Origin: Amoebidium appalachense
Lineage: Eukaryota > Protista > Ichthyosporea
DNA: 64,000 nt
Assembly (NCBI GenBank): GCA_963693365.1
Contig: CAVNZM010000009.1
Coordinates: 2,606,231-2,670,230 of the forward strand
Reading direction: 5' to 3'
A model generated the notes under the pieces. That model was not told the origin of the DNA. It saw only the letters and a program-made list of their open reading frames with translations, and did not search any database. Shown here in pieces: positions 39,855 to 52,345 of this stretch. A program made the position numbers and the translations under genes. Position 1 is the stretch's first letter. Every line of letters begins with the position of its first letter.

Positions 39855-40513
39855 TGTCGTATCCTAACGTGTATGTATTAAGAGACGCGGCACTCTTCTA
39901 AGTATACACACACGGAAAGGAACGAACGTGTACTGAAAAACGGTAAAGTTTATTAAGACCAGGCTCCGACGGGCAAACTTAGATCCGAACGGAATGAGGC
40001 TAAGTCACAACTGAGGCCATCAAGGCCGTGCCCTACAAGATCATCATCACCTGGCCCCCCTACGATGCCACATTCCGTACATTCCGATCTAACTTTATCG
40101 TGCGCCTGCACGAGCTAAGTCGATCGGCTCACACTAATATATTTATCCAAGTCTCACCCCTCTCCCTTCCCCTAGTGGCACCGCAGAGTCTAATTCTACA
40201 TTTCATACTATCCCCTTCCCCCCCTCCCTCCCCCCTTTCCTCTACATCGAAATATACTATAAATACGTTTGGCAGCATATACTATCAAAACTTGCCAATA
40301 TTTACAAAGGGCTTCTGCCCGAACTTATCCCATTCCAAAGTCCTCCTATGATCATGATCTATCCTACACACTAATTAGAATTCTATTGGTCGGCTGCCCC
40401 GGCTGACGTGGTCCAGTGCCCTGCGCCGGCAGAGGCAAGATGCACGCAGCTGTACAGCTATCTTGAGGCCCCGGACTTGATCTTGATGATCTGTGGACCC
40501 GGGCCACCCCCCA

Positions 40514-40544
<31 letters not shown>

Positions 40545-40595
40545 ATCTCGATCGTAGACTTAGGCTGATCTGCTGAGACGGATTAGTATATGTCA
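39855..40595 (-). mobile_element. Solo LTR of the same Gypsy family
   Basis: Full-length diverged copy of the 26846-27570 LTR; TG...CA ends; 5-bp TSD CTCGG at 39850-39854 and 40596-40600. Confidence 0.95.
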
Positions 40596-41515
40596 CTCGG
40601 GTCACGCTTGTCGGAGGGCCTTCAGTTGTTTCCAGTGCATCAAAGAAATCAATAATAACCCGAAAAGTCCCAGAGATACGAGCATAGCGAACAGAAGCCA
40701 TTGTGAACCCGTTAACACGAACAATTCCAACGGGCTTAACAAACACAATCAAACACTGAAATTTTGTGTCACTACATAGGAGCTTAAAACACGGTTCGTA
40801 GAGGATGGAAAACAAAATTAAAAATCTGTTCTAAAAACATAGAATCTTAAAGTGACCGGGCCGTTCACGATGGGAAACAGAATAGAAAATCTTTTCTAAA
40901 AACATGATAGAAGCTTAAAACACGGCTCGCACTAGACGTTAGTATGCCAGCAGACAAAGAACGTGTGTGGTGTGGCGGCTGAAGGGTCGGTGATACCATG
41001 TCGCCGATAATGACTCACTCACATTCCAACGCGGCAGCACATAAGATATATGCACTTGATATATTTAAGTAGCCCATCCACCTCTAATGCAAAAGCAACA
41101 GAAAAGAAAAAAATGTAGAATGGTAAAATAGATTAATAATATATAAAAAGATAATCAAGTGCAAAGCCTGAGATTTATTGCATTACATCATGCTCAAGCA
41201 CATCCGATCTTATATTGCACTTGCCGGTAAACTTTGGCACATCTTATGAGCTTTTGTTTATGCAGGACAGAGCTTTCCAATTGGTCGACCGTTCACAGCC
41301 AGCGGCAAGAGCATCTTATTGGCCAGACGAGCACTTCTCAGCACAACATCGGAATCCCTCTCAAACAAAAAAAAACTAAAATAATAATTAAAAAGGCGAA
41401 AAAAAAGAATTAAAAGCCCCTATTACTATATATATATTAATTATTGTAACATTTCAAGGCCACATTCTTTTATTGTTACTGCTAGGCTAACAAATAAAGT
41501 GGTTTCGCTCATGAT

Positions 41516-42494
41516 CCCTGGGAAACAATGGCATGCATCAGCAAAGATCACCCCCCATCCGAAACCTGTCCTGTACGACTTTAGGACGTCCTATCGTCGT
41601 TAATACATCTAAAAGATAGCTTAGGACGGGTTTAGGATAACCCGGAATTTCAGGATGGCAAGGCGTCTGAAACACATCCCATATATATTAAATACGTCTG
41701 GCATGGATTCAAGACAGTGGACATCTTAAAGACGTAGTAAAGTCGTCTGACAAGATGTCATACAGACACCTGGAAGTGCACTTATACCCATCAGCACAAG
41801 TCCGGATGTCCTTAACCCCCCTTTAAATTGTCCGATGGGTTGCGGATGCATACGGGATATATTAAAGACGTCTTTCGAATTTTCTGGTCTTTTACGTCTT
41901 AAAGATATCCTGGACGGATTGAGGACATATTGTTATCATCCCGGAACATGGGGTAGTTAACAGATGTCCTAAAGACGTCTGCACTCATTCTACAGGATGT
42001 CTATGAGAGATACCGATACATATTATATAGATGTGTGTAAGATGCATTATACACGCAAGTAAGTTGACACAAGGCGCTCGTGGGATGGGCGTAGAGATAT
42101 GTTAAAGATGTACTGCAGAGATCTTAGTACAATCTTTATCCTCTCTTAATCCCGTATGGCCATGCAACATTTGCGAAACGAACTGATTGCGTTAGGATGT
42201 CGTCAAGATATATCACAGCTAGGCAGTGGATCATCTAAGGAGATCTTTGGAGAGTTCTTTTGTAGCGCTTTTGGCCATCCCAATTATATCTTCAAGACAG
42301 GCCAAGTCTGTGCATGTGATATGCTAACGCAATCTTAGGCAAGTATTGGTGATACCTTTCTGCGATCTTCACGCCCTATTTGGGGTAGCTTAAAGATGTT
42401 CAGAGTTGCAATTAGGTATTGTGTTAGGATTACTTTAGGACCTCTTTAAGGCTTTACTGGGATCGATTTAGATGATCTTTAAGTGTTCCCTGGG
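41516..42494. mobile_element. Non-autonomous CMC/EnSpm-like DNA transposon
   Basis: Termini CCCTGGGAAACA...TGTTCCCTGGG with 2-bp AT flanks on both sides; interior rich in (a/g)gacgtc and gatgtc subterminal motifs; no ORF. Superfamily is inferred from the CCC ends and 2-bp TSD. Confidence 0.65.
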
Positions 42495-43574
42495 ATAGAA
42501 AAGCAAAGCACGTATCGCTATCCTCAGCCACGGCGTCTTCACCACCCGGTCAATGCCGATTACCCAGGACCACGATCCATGAAGCGCGGGTTAGCTCAAT
42601 ATATACGGCCGGAAAAGGGATTTCGCATTTGATTGTGGGATAGATCATCACTCCAACGTTTTTGATTGGTTGTTTTTTAGGATCGAATTTCACACTGCAT
42701 TCACAATGAAGGCGTCACAAGGTACGCTTTTATTGAAACATGAAACATGAAGGCGTCGCGCAGGTGCGCGCGAGGCGTTGATAGCCAATGGAAACAAAGA
42801 TTTACTGGAGGGGTGCAAACCAGAATCCGAAACACTGTTATCATTACAATCATGATCCGTCTAATGTAAGTAAAACTGGGGCATTCAACTGCCAAATACA
42901 GAAGTTTTAGTTATAGTAATATTTAAGGTACCTATAAATTAGGCGAGATACCTTGGCAAACGGTGCAATGCCTGCGCGGAGCAAGTGGCCGGTGCGTGGA
43001 ATTTACCCTAAATAAACACATTAAAAAATAAAAAAAATAAAAAAATGCACAAAAAACGCAAAAAAACGCAAAGATATATATCGCATACCTTAGGAAGCTC
43101 CTAAGAATATCATCACGCTATACTAGAGCTATACTTACTATTCTGTCAGTACGTCCTGAATAAATACGCCAACCATACCTGAAACTGCAGTGCGGATCGC
43201 CGACCATAAAACTCCTTACACCCCACCACCCTAAGATACACTCCCTCCTCACCTTCTTGCAGTCGAATATAGCAGCTGTTGTATGGGAATATTTTTCTTT
43301 TCACTGGAAGAGGCAGATCCCCCCGTGGAGTCCCCGGTGCTTCAGCAGGCGTTAACCCCGCTAGGAACAACTGCAGCTGTAGCGGCAGGAACTTTAGGCA
43401 ATTGCCACGTCCTTCAAGCCTGGGGCTGGGGTCGAAGTTCCCTTCTGATGCAAAATAGGCATCCAGCTTTGCAAGGTGCAGGCCTTTCTTATCCTGCAAG
43501 CCTGTGTTTGGGACAAAAGGATTCGAGTGGATCAGAGTAATCTTCCGCAGCGCAGCCGGCGGGCCCGCCGGGGA

Positions 43575-43608
<34 letters not shown>

Positions 43609-43788
43609 GTTGCCATTGCCTTGGAAATAACCACCCAATGTGTAAACCCACCCCCCCCCCACCCCCCCCCCACAAAAAAAAAGCACACTATACAATGACC
43701 CCCCCCCCCCATGGACCCCACCTATGGGACCAGCAAATTTCAGTGGGGGTGTGTGAGCCATCACGTTTGATGCCTCCCCCCCCCCCCT

Positions 43789-43830
<42 letters not shown>

Positions 43831-43892
43831 CCCCCTCCCCCCCGTCCATTCGGAGGGTTTTGGCAGATATTGAGATTTTAGATTTTTCGTCT

Positions 43893-44360
43893 TGAAATTC
43901 CCCGATCACGTTCCCCCCTCCGTCGGGAAAAAATCCTACGGACTCCCCCGTGTGTACTTTGCATTAACATACCTTCCCATTGGGAAAACCAAAAAAAACT
44001 GCATCGAAATCCGTCCATTCTGAGGGTTTTTGCTCGTTTTTTCCCTCCACAACACATGCACACTATAGAATGACCCCCCCCCCCCCCCCCCCCCCTCTTG
44101 GACCCCCCCTGATGGGCCGGCAAATGCCCGTGGGGATGTGTGGGTGAACGTGGGCACTCCCCCCCACCCCCATCTACGTTTGGTGATGAGAAAGTCAGCT
44201 ACTTGCTAAAGGAAAGGGTGTTTGGGTTTTTTGAATACGAAGGCTGGTATGTTGCATGCGGGACTGGAGAAAACACTGAAATTCCCCGATCACGTCCCCC
44301 CCCCCCTCCGTCGGGAAAAAAAATTCTACGGACTCCCCCGTGTGTACTTTGCATTAACAT
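43893..44360. repeat. Direct repeat pair of about 77 bp
   Basis: gaaattccccgatcacgt...ccgtcgggaaaaaa...ctacggactcccccgtgtgtactttgcattaacat near 43894 and 44278. Confidence 0.8.
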
Positions 44361-44541
44361 GCACACATGCACACACACGGTGCACCCCCCCCCCCTCCCC
44401 TTCCCTCTCAACTGAACACGAATCCCCCCCTTCCCCTTCCCTCTCCACCGAGCACATGCACACATGCACAGACATGCACGCCCACACACACACAACACAC
44501 ACGATGCACACAGACATGCACACACACACAAACACACAACA

Positions 44542-44605
<64 letters not shown>

Positions 44606-45874
44606 CACACACACGGTGCATTTCCCCCCTCCCCTTCCCTCTCCACAGAGCACACACACACACACGTGCACACATGCACACACACGGTGCATCCCCCCTC
44701 TCCCCCCCCTTCCCTTTCAACTGAGCACATACACACACACAGACATGCACACACACACAACATACACAGACATCCACACATCAGACACAGAACAGCTTCT
44801 AGCACGAGACATTTACCACAAAGTTTATGGCGGGGATGGTGAATATGCCCCTGGAGTACGAGGGTCACACGAAAAAAACACAACGTTGTAGCTCGTATAG
44901 AACCCCCCTTGTAGCATAGTATATGTACATATGTTACCTAGACATTATTGGTTTTTCAATAACTACCCACAGAACAGCCTCTAGCACGAGAGATTTACCA
45001 CAAACTTTATGGGGGAGATGGTGAATGTGCCCCTGGAGTACGAGGGTCACACGAAAAAAACACAACATTGTAGCTCGAATAGAACCCCCCTTGTAGCATG
45101 GTATATGTACATGTGTTACCTAGACATTATTGGTTTTTTCAATAACTACCCACAGAACAGCTTCTAGCACGAGACCTTTACCACAACGTTTATGGGGGGG
45201 ATGGTGAATGTGCCCCTGGAGTACGAGGGTCACACGAAAAAAACACAACATTGTAGCTCGAATAGAACCCCCCTTGCAATTGTAGCATAGTATATGTACA
45301 TGTGTTACCTAGACATTATTCGTTTTTTCAATAACTACCCACAGAACAGCTTCTAGCACGAGACCTTTACCACAACGTTTATGGGGGATATGGTGAATGT
45401 GCCCCTGGAGTACGAGGGTCACACGAAAAAAACACAACGTTGTAGCTCGTATAGAACCCCCCTCGTAGCATAGTATATGTACATATGTTACCTAGACATT
45501 ATTGGTCTTTCAATAACTACCCACAGAACAGCCTCTAGCACGAGAGATTTACCACAACGTTTATGGGGGGGATGGTGAATGTGCCTCTGGAGTACGAGGG
45601 TCACACGAAAAAAACACAACGTTGTAGCTCGTATAGAACCCCCCTTGTAGCATTAAGGGATACGGGATCGCGCGGCTCGAATACTTTCTGGCCCCGCACA
45701 GATCGATATCTATCTGGATTGAGTGGGCTTGATCTGCCTATTGGGCACCTAAGATCGTGTGGCCGAGCTATACCATGTACACACGGCATGCCACACACGT
45801 GTCCGGACAAAACTGCGCTGCACATTTTTCATGAAGGCGGGTTGTTTTCTAACTATATATATTAGGCACTCACA

Positions 45875-47791
45875 ATGCCAACTTGCGCGGCTAACTACTG
45901 CAAAAATGACGAAGAAACAGTCTCTCCCAAAGATCCTACCAGGAAGATAAAGCTTTTTACTGTTCCATATGGATACAAACCAAATGTATTGGCTAGGAGG
46001 CATGCTTGGTTAAATGCTATAGGCAGGCAGGAGCAAACAAAGTATGAGCGGAAACAAATAGCAGAACACACAAAGCAAGCACCCCCCGACCCAGACACAC
46101 ACACAGACACAAGGCCAAAGGCCTCGGATGGGACAGACGTAAATACAGACACAACCACTACTGAGACACACACAGCTGACACACAATCCGAAAATGCCAA
46201 TGACTCGGCTGTGCCAGCTGAGCAGTCGGCACAAGAACCACAACCAAAGAGGAAACGGGGGCAACCGAAGGTGGAAGTCCCCTGGCCACTGGTTATCCTT
46301 AAGCAACTGGTTGTATGCGAGGCACATTTCACCGATGATGATATTACTGCTAAGAATGGAAAACTGAAATTAACAAAGGATGCATGTCCCATCCGAATGG
46401 AACTAGACCCGATGTACAGAGAGAAGGTACAGCTATTGAGGGAGGAAAGGGCCAATAGTCATATGCAAGCTGTAGGAATGGATGCCTCAGATATTGAGCA
46501 AACACGGAAACGAGCGAGGGAGCGGGGGGAGACGAGCAGTGAAGTAGCAGAGGACAGTGAACGAGCGAAAAGAAGGAGGGAACATGTGTGTGAAAGGACA
46601 TTTGACTATCTAGAGTCGAAGGCAGGTGAGGAAGGGATGGATGTAGAGGATTATGTGAATGTCCTGGAACGTTCAAGAGCTTTCTATAAGGAGCAGGCGG
46701 AGAAAATGCAAATCGAACTTGAGATAGCTACGAAGCAATTGGAGGAAAATGAGAAGAAACAAAGATTGGAGAAGAAGGAGCTCGAACAAGCGCTTGATCA
46801 AGCGAGGGAGGAATTACTACAAAACCAGAAAAGAATATGCATGGAGGACATAGTGGCGGAAGAGGAAGGGAAGGCTAGAGATGATGTGGTGAAAACATAC
46901 ACGGGGTTGGATAGTTTTGATGCTCTCATGGGAGTGCTGGGGATTGTTGCTTTTATTGGCCAATCAACTATAAACATGAATGATTTTAAAACCAAAACAG
47001 GAAAGGAAATAATATGGCATGATGGATGTCTTTTTACACTTTTTCGCCTCCGCCACGGCACATCCTTCCAACTATTGAGTCGGCTGGTGGATGTGTCAGA
47101 ACCGAATCTTTCGCGTATATTCCGCCATTTTCTTGGTGCACTGGCGTTAGCACAGGTTTTTCTATACGAAAAAGCCCCCACCAGAGAGCAACTTTCGAAG
47201 TTTAAAGCCGGTTGCTACACTGGGCAATGGGACGATGTACGGTGGATCATTGATTGCACCGAGGTGTTTGTACAGGTGCCGACAAACCTCCTTCTGAAAC
47301 GATGTTTCTACTCAGAGTACAAAAGCAATTATACTCTCAAGTACTTCGGGGGCATCACAACGGATATGAAACTCAGACCGGTGTCCGATGCACATGTGGG
47401 GGGGTTCAAAGACCCGGATCTCACAGGTGTATGCAAGCGTGAATTTGTAGATCAGATAGAAGAGGGGGATGAAATAGCAGCTGATAAAGGGTTTAGAGTG
47501 CACGGGCTAATCATGGAGAAGGGTGCTTCCTTGCTATTACCGTCGTTTGTTGAGCATGGGCAGCTAAACGCTGAAGACACCATATATAGCCAAAGACTGT
47601 CTAGTGTGCGCGTGCATGTGGAGAGGGCTTTTGGGCGCATGAAAAATTATCGGCTGTTTAGCAATCAGGTGCAGATGTCGATGGTAGGCACCCATTGGAT
47701 GGTAGCTAAGGCTGTGGCTTTCTTGTGTAACATGCAAGAGCCACTATATAAGGATATGGTGGGGCCCGGGCACACCAAAAGCATGGTGTAG
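45875..47791 (+). CDS. THAP-domain, HTH and DDE_Tnp_4-type transposase (638 aa, intact)
   Basis: THAP: MPTCAANYC...LFTVP...AWLNAI...VVCEAHF...LKLTKDACP; coiled coil; HTH LFTLFRLRHGTSFQLLSRLVDVSEPNLSRIF; catalytic motifs IIDCTEVFVQVP, AADKGF, RVHVERAFGRMKNY. Confidence 0.95.
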   Translation: MPTCAANYCKNDEETVSPKDPTRKIKLFTVPYGYKPNVLARRHAWLNAIGRQEQTKYERKQIAEHTKQAPPDPDTHTDTRPKASDGTDVNTDTTTTETHTADTQSENANDSAVPAEQSAQEPQPKRKRGQPKVEVPWPLVILKQLVVCEAHFTDDDITAKNGKLKLTKDACPIRMELDPMYREKVQLLREERANSHMQAVGMDASDIEQTRKRARERGETSSEVAEDSERAKRRREHVCERTFDYLESKAGEEGMDVEDYVNVLERSRAFYKEQAEKMQIELEIATKQLEENEKKQRLEKKELEQALDQAREELLQNQKRICMEDIVAEEEGKARDDVVKTYTGLDSFDALMGVLGIVAFIGQSTINMNDFKTKTGKEIIWHDGCLFTLFRLRHGTSFQLLSRLVDVSEPNLSRIFRHFLGALALAQVFLYEKAPTREQLSKFKAGCYTGQWDDVRWIIDCTEVFVQVPTNLLLKRCFYSEYKSNYTLKYFGGITTDMKLRPVSDAHVGGFKDPDLTGVCKREFVDQIEEGDEIAADKGFRVHGLIMEKGASLLLPSFVEHGQLNAEDTIYSQRLSSVRVHVERAFGRMKNYRLFSNQVQMSMVGTHWMVAKAVAFLCNMQEPLYKDMVGPGHTKSMV

Positions 47792-47870
47792 AATTTTCGT
47801 TTTCGATTGCCAGTGCCTCTCCCTAAAGCCCCCTTCTCTGCTTTTTTTTTTTTTTTTTTTTTTTTTTGTC

Positions 47871-47926
<56 letters not shown>

Positions 47927-48115
47927 AAAGTATGAATGAATGCTTGCATGTATGTATTCGGCCAGTAGGGCTCCACTTTTCCTGTATAGGAAAATAATAA
48001 TAATAATTGAAATTATTATGTATTTGTGTGCCAAGTACAACCTTGAGTCGTCTCTCCCCCCCCCCCCCCCCCCCCCCCCCCCTTCACAAACACACACAAC
48101 CACGCACACACGGAA

Positions 48116-48150
<35 letters not shown>

Positions 48151-48208
48151 CCCACGCATGCATTTGCACACACGCACGCATGCACCCCCCCCCCCACACA
48201 CACACACA

Positions 48209-48245
<37 letters not shown>

Positions 48246-48409
48246 GTAGGCACGTATGCAAACACCAAGGGGGGAGGAGGGACCGGGGGGGAGGGGGGGG
48301 GGGGGGGGGTGGGGGGGGTAGGAAACATATGCAGGCACCAGGGTCTGGTACATTGCTCTCAGATTTGACACACGGTCTTCATTCATTCATTATAGGTTCA
48401 CTAGATCGG

Positions 48410-48423
48410 TCAGAAGATTACTG

Positions 48424-48482
<59 letters not shown>

Positions 48483-49189
48483 ATTATGTTGTACTTTGTG
48501 CTTCTGGTAAAAACATCGGCGGGGGTTACAATCACTCCGTACAGTTTGGGAATGCGCACCGCATTAGCGGTCCCAGGGATGACCGCCGCATCCGCAATGC
48601 GCAGTTTGTATACAACCCGCGGGATGTTATACAGAAGAAGGTCGGCATCCTCAGTGACAACAGTGTGTGCCAAACCGGTACGTGCCATATAGGCAAGCTG
48701 GGGGTCTGCTTCGTATGGAGCTACTGTGTAATCGACATTCTCATCTTTCAGTCTAAGGATGATTGCATGTAAAACTCTGTTATCTAACTCTGCAGCGCTT
48801 CTCCATTTGTTTTTAGTTACCTCCTCCTGTTTCTCTCTTTTTGTGGCTATTTCTTGGCGGGCTTTGACCACCTTTTCTGCACGGTCGTTATCAACTAGTT
48901 TTCCCTCTTTCAATCTGCGCCCATCAAACACATAGTGTGGCTGGACCCCTGCTAGTCTATACGTATTAACTTTGGACATAAAGTGATTTGCAATAGCTGC
49001 ATATGTGTCGTCTGTGACTTTTTTGTCATCTATTTGCTGTTTGGCTACTGTGTCAGCGAAAACTGAAAAGGACTTGTGGACCTGCACCATCCCGTCAAAA
49101 GCAACTACCCCACGTTGCAACTCTGCAGTAACATCTGTGGCTTTTTCGGCACTAATGCCGAGTGCTGGGAGCAAGCCCTGCACACCCAT
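48410..49189 (-). CDS. Exo1/XPG (FEN1-superfamily, PIN-like) 5' nuclease domain carried by the transposon
   Basis: MGVQGLLP start; VAFDG; HYVFDGRRL; VAPYEADPQLAYM; VVTEDADLLLY; RVVYKL. These are XPG-N and XPG-I motifs closest to the Exo1 pattern. No H3TH (GCDY) motif is visible, and the 3' end is uncertain because it runs into TG/poly-G. Confidence 0.88.
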
Positions 49190-51217
49190 GGTAAAAGTGC
49201 ATGTATTCAAAGTAGTTTCTTTTCATGAAAAAAATTCTTTCGGGTTGTGCGCCCTCTGCGTTAACGTGCGAACACAAAAATCGTTGTACGGCGTGGGTGC
49301 GTAGCAACGCGTTACGTAATCAGGGGGAAAAAAGGCGGCGCCAGAAAGAAATCGGGGACCACTCAAAATCGCCGATCCCGTATCCCTTAATAGTATATGT
49401 ACATAGTATGTTACCTAGACATTATTGGTTTTTTCAATAACTACCCACAGAACAGCTTCTAGCACGAGAACTTTACCAGAACGTTTATGGGGGGGATGGA
49501 GAATGTGCCCCTGGAGTACGAGGGTCACACAAAAAAAACACAACATTGTAGCTCGAATAGAACCCCCCTTGTAGCATAGCATATGTCCATGTGTTACCTA
49601 GACATTATTGGTATTTTCAATAACTACCCACAGAACAGCTTCTAGCACGAGACATTTACCACAAAGTTTATGGGGGGGATGGTGAATGTGCCCCTGGAGT
49701 ACAAGGGGCACACGAAAAAAACACAACGTTGTAGCTCGTATAGAACCCCCTTGTAGCATAGTATATGTACATATGTTACCTAGACATTATTGGTTTTTCA
49801 ATAACTACCCACAGAACAGCCTCTAGCACGAGAGATTTACCACAACGTTTATGGCGGGGATGGTGAATGTGCCCCTGGAGTACGAGGGTCACACAAAAAA
49901 AACACGACATTGTAGCTCGAATAGAACCCCCCTTGTAGCATAGCATATGTACATGTGCTACCTAGACATTATTCGTTTTTTCAATAACTACCCACAGAAC
50001 AGCTTCTAGCACGAGAACTTTACCACAAAGTTTATGGGGGGGATGGTGAATGTGCCCCTGGAGTACGAGGGTCACACGAAAAAAACACAACATTGTAGCT
50101 CGAATAGAACCCCCCTTGCAATTGTAGCATAGTATATGTACATGTGTTACCTAGACATTATTGGTTTTTTCAATAACTACCCACAGAACAGCTTCTAGCA
50201 CGAGAACTTTACCACAACGTTTATGGGGGATATGGTGAATCTGCCCCTGGAGTACGAGGGTCACACGAAAAAAACACAACGTTGTAGCTCGTATAGAACC
50301 CCCCTTGTAGCATAGTATATGTACATAGTATGTTACCTAGACATTATTGGTTTTTTCAATAACTACCCACAGAACAGCTTCTAGCACGAGAAATTTACCA
50401 GAACGTTTATGGGGGGGATGGAGAATGTGCCCCTGGAGTACGAGGGTCACACGAAAAAAACACAATGTTGTAGCTCGAATAGACCCCCCTTGTAGCATAG
50501 TATATGTCCATGTGTTACCTAGACATCATTGGTTTTTTCAATAACTACCCACAGAACGGCTTCTAGCACGAGACATTTACCAGAACGTTTATGGGGGGGA
50601 TGGTGAATGTGCCCCTGGAGTACAAGGGTCACACGAAAAAAACACAACGTTGTAGCTCGTATAGAACCCCCCTTGTAGCATAGTATATGTACATATGTTA
50701 CCTAGACATTATTGGTTTTTCAATAACTACCCACAGAACAGCCTCTAGCACGAGAGATTTACCACAAAGTTTATGGGGGGGATGGTGAATGTGCCCCTGG
50801 AGTACGAGGGTCACACAAAAAAAACACAACATTGTAGCTCGAATAGAACCCCCCTTGTAGCATAGCATATGTACATGTGTTACCTAGACATTATTCGTTT
50901 TTTCAATAACTACCCACAGAACAGCTTCTAGCACGAGAACTTTACCACAAAGTTTATGGGGGGGATGGTGAATGTGCCCCTGGAGTACGAGGGTCACACG
51001 AAAAAAACACAACGTTGTAGCTCGTATAGAACCCCCTTTGTAGCATAGTATATGTACATAGTATGTTACCTAGACATTATTGGTTTTTTCAATAACTACC
51101 CACATGCGGCATGTGTTACTTTCACGTTATTGGTTTCCTAGCACGGGATATTCAGCACACAGTTGGGGATGTGGGGGCAGTGTACACCTCAATATTGGTA
51201 AGGTGGTGGTGGGTGGG

Positions 51218-51252
<35 letters not shown>

Positions 51253-51368
51253 CCACACAACCGAAACTGTCGGTGTTACAAGTGGTTTGGTCTTAGGAAG
51301 TTAGAACGGTGATTTTTTTTATTAATAGCGGGAAACAATATTATCCCCATTGCATATGGGGGGAACGA

Positions 51369-51399
<31 letters not shown>

Positions 51400-51803
51400 T
51401 TCACAACGAATTCTATCGACTGTGCATAATTAATGTATATTGCACATGTAGCCTGAAAGATTAAAGTGAATGTGTGTATGTATATGTGCGAGTATATTTG
51501 TGTATGCAATACATGTACAATGTTTTCGTCTTTGTAGGTGGGTGGGTGGGGTGGGTGGGGGGGGGGGGGGGGGGGGGGTGCGCGGGGGGGAAGAGGGAGG
51601 GGGGAGGGGGCATCATGATCAGGGATAACAGGGTGTGTGCGTGTGTGCGCTTGTGTGTGCATGTGCTGTGTGTGTTGTGTAGGTGTGCGCCTGTGTGTGT
51701 GTGCGTGCCTGTGTGTGCGCGCCTGTGTGTGCGCGCCTGTGTGTGTGTGTGTGTGTGCAGTGTGCATGTGTGAGTGTGTGTGCGTGCGCGCGCGCGCGCG
51801 CGC

Positions 51804-51834
<31 letters not shown>

Positions 51835-52219
51835 TGTGTGATTTCAAAGAAGTCGAAAGCGCCAGTGACACCCATGTTGAAAAAAAGACAAGCAAGCACG
51901 CTAAGAAGGACAGCAAGAAGTAACAGAAACCCTTTCATGCCGAAAAAATGGTCAAGAACAAAGAAGTGGAGGACACGTAACTATAGTCTGATAGTTGTGA
52001 CTAAGGCACGGCCATCTAGAAACACCAGATGGCCGTGGACTAAGGGCACTAAGGGTAGCGCTAAGGGCACCAAGCCGGATGCACGCGCGCGCGCGAGCCG
52101 AAATCTATTTTTATCTTTTTCCTAATCAGGCGCGGCGAATAGTGATTGGCTAAATCCCAATCCGGTTTGCAATTTTTTCTCCATTTAAGCCTGTACGCAC
52201 GTTGTTTGCTCCATTTCTC

Positions 52220-52345
52220 TTCCCCCTTCCCGCAGGTCCGCAGGTCCTTTCCCGCAGGTCGCCTGGTCGCAGGTCCCTTCCCGCAGGTCGCCTGGTCGCA
52301 GTTCCCTTCCCGCAGGTCGCCTGGTCACAGATCCCCTCCGCAGAT
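52220..52345. repeat. ~29-bp minisatellite
   Basis: tcccttcccgcaggtcgcctggtcgcag(g) about 4 times. Confidence 0.85.

Larger units (their letters stand above)
45654..49389 (+). mobile_element. ISL2EU-type (PIF/Harbinger-related) DNA transposon, 3736 bp, with two convergent ORFs
   Basis: Perfect 17-bp TIR TAAGGGATACGGGATCG; 2-bp TSD AT at 45652-45653 and 49390-49391; removing the element restores the satellite consensus gtagcATagtatatg exactly. Confidence 0.92.
44786..51103. repeat. ~183-bp tandem satellite, 14 units, split by a DNA transposon in unit 5
   Basis: Unit cacagaacagcttctagcacgaga...tgcccctggagtacgagggtcacacg...gttacctagacattattgg...aactacc starts at about 44786, 44968, 45151, 45339 and 45522, then 49446 through 50914. 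Confidence 0.95.

Noticed and set aside
45653-49390. TTAA TSD (piggyBac/Kolobok) or TWA TSD (Harbinger) reading of the transposon ends
   Set aside because: Only an AT duplication restores the satellite consensus. TTAA would leave 4 extra bases and 3-bp flanks do not match.
44786-51103. CRISPR-like array next to nuclease and transposase genes
   Set aside because: Units are contiguous near-identical 183-mers with no unique spacers, there are no cas genes, and the context is eukaryotic.
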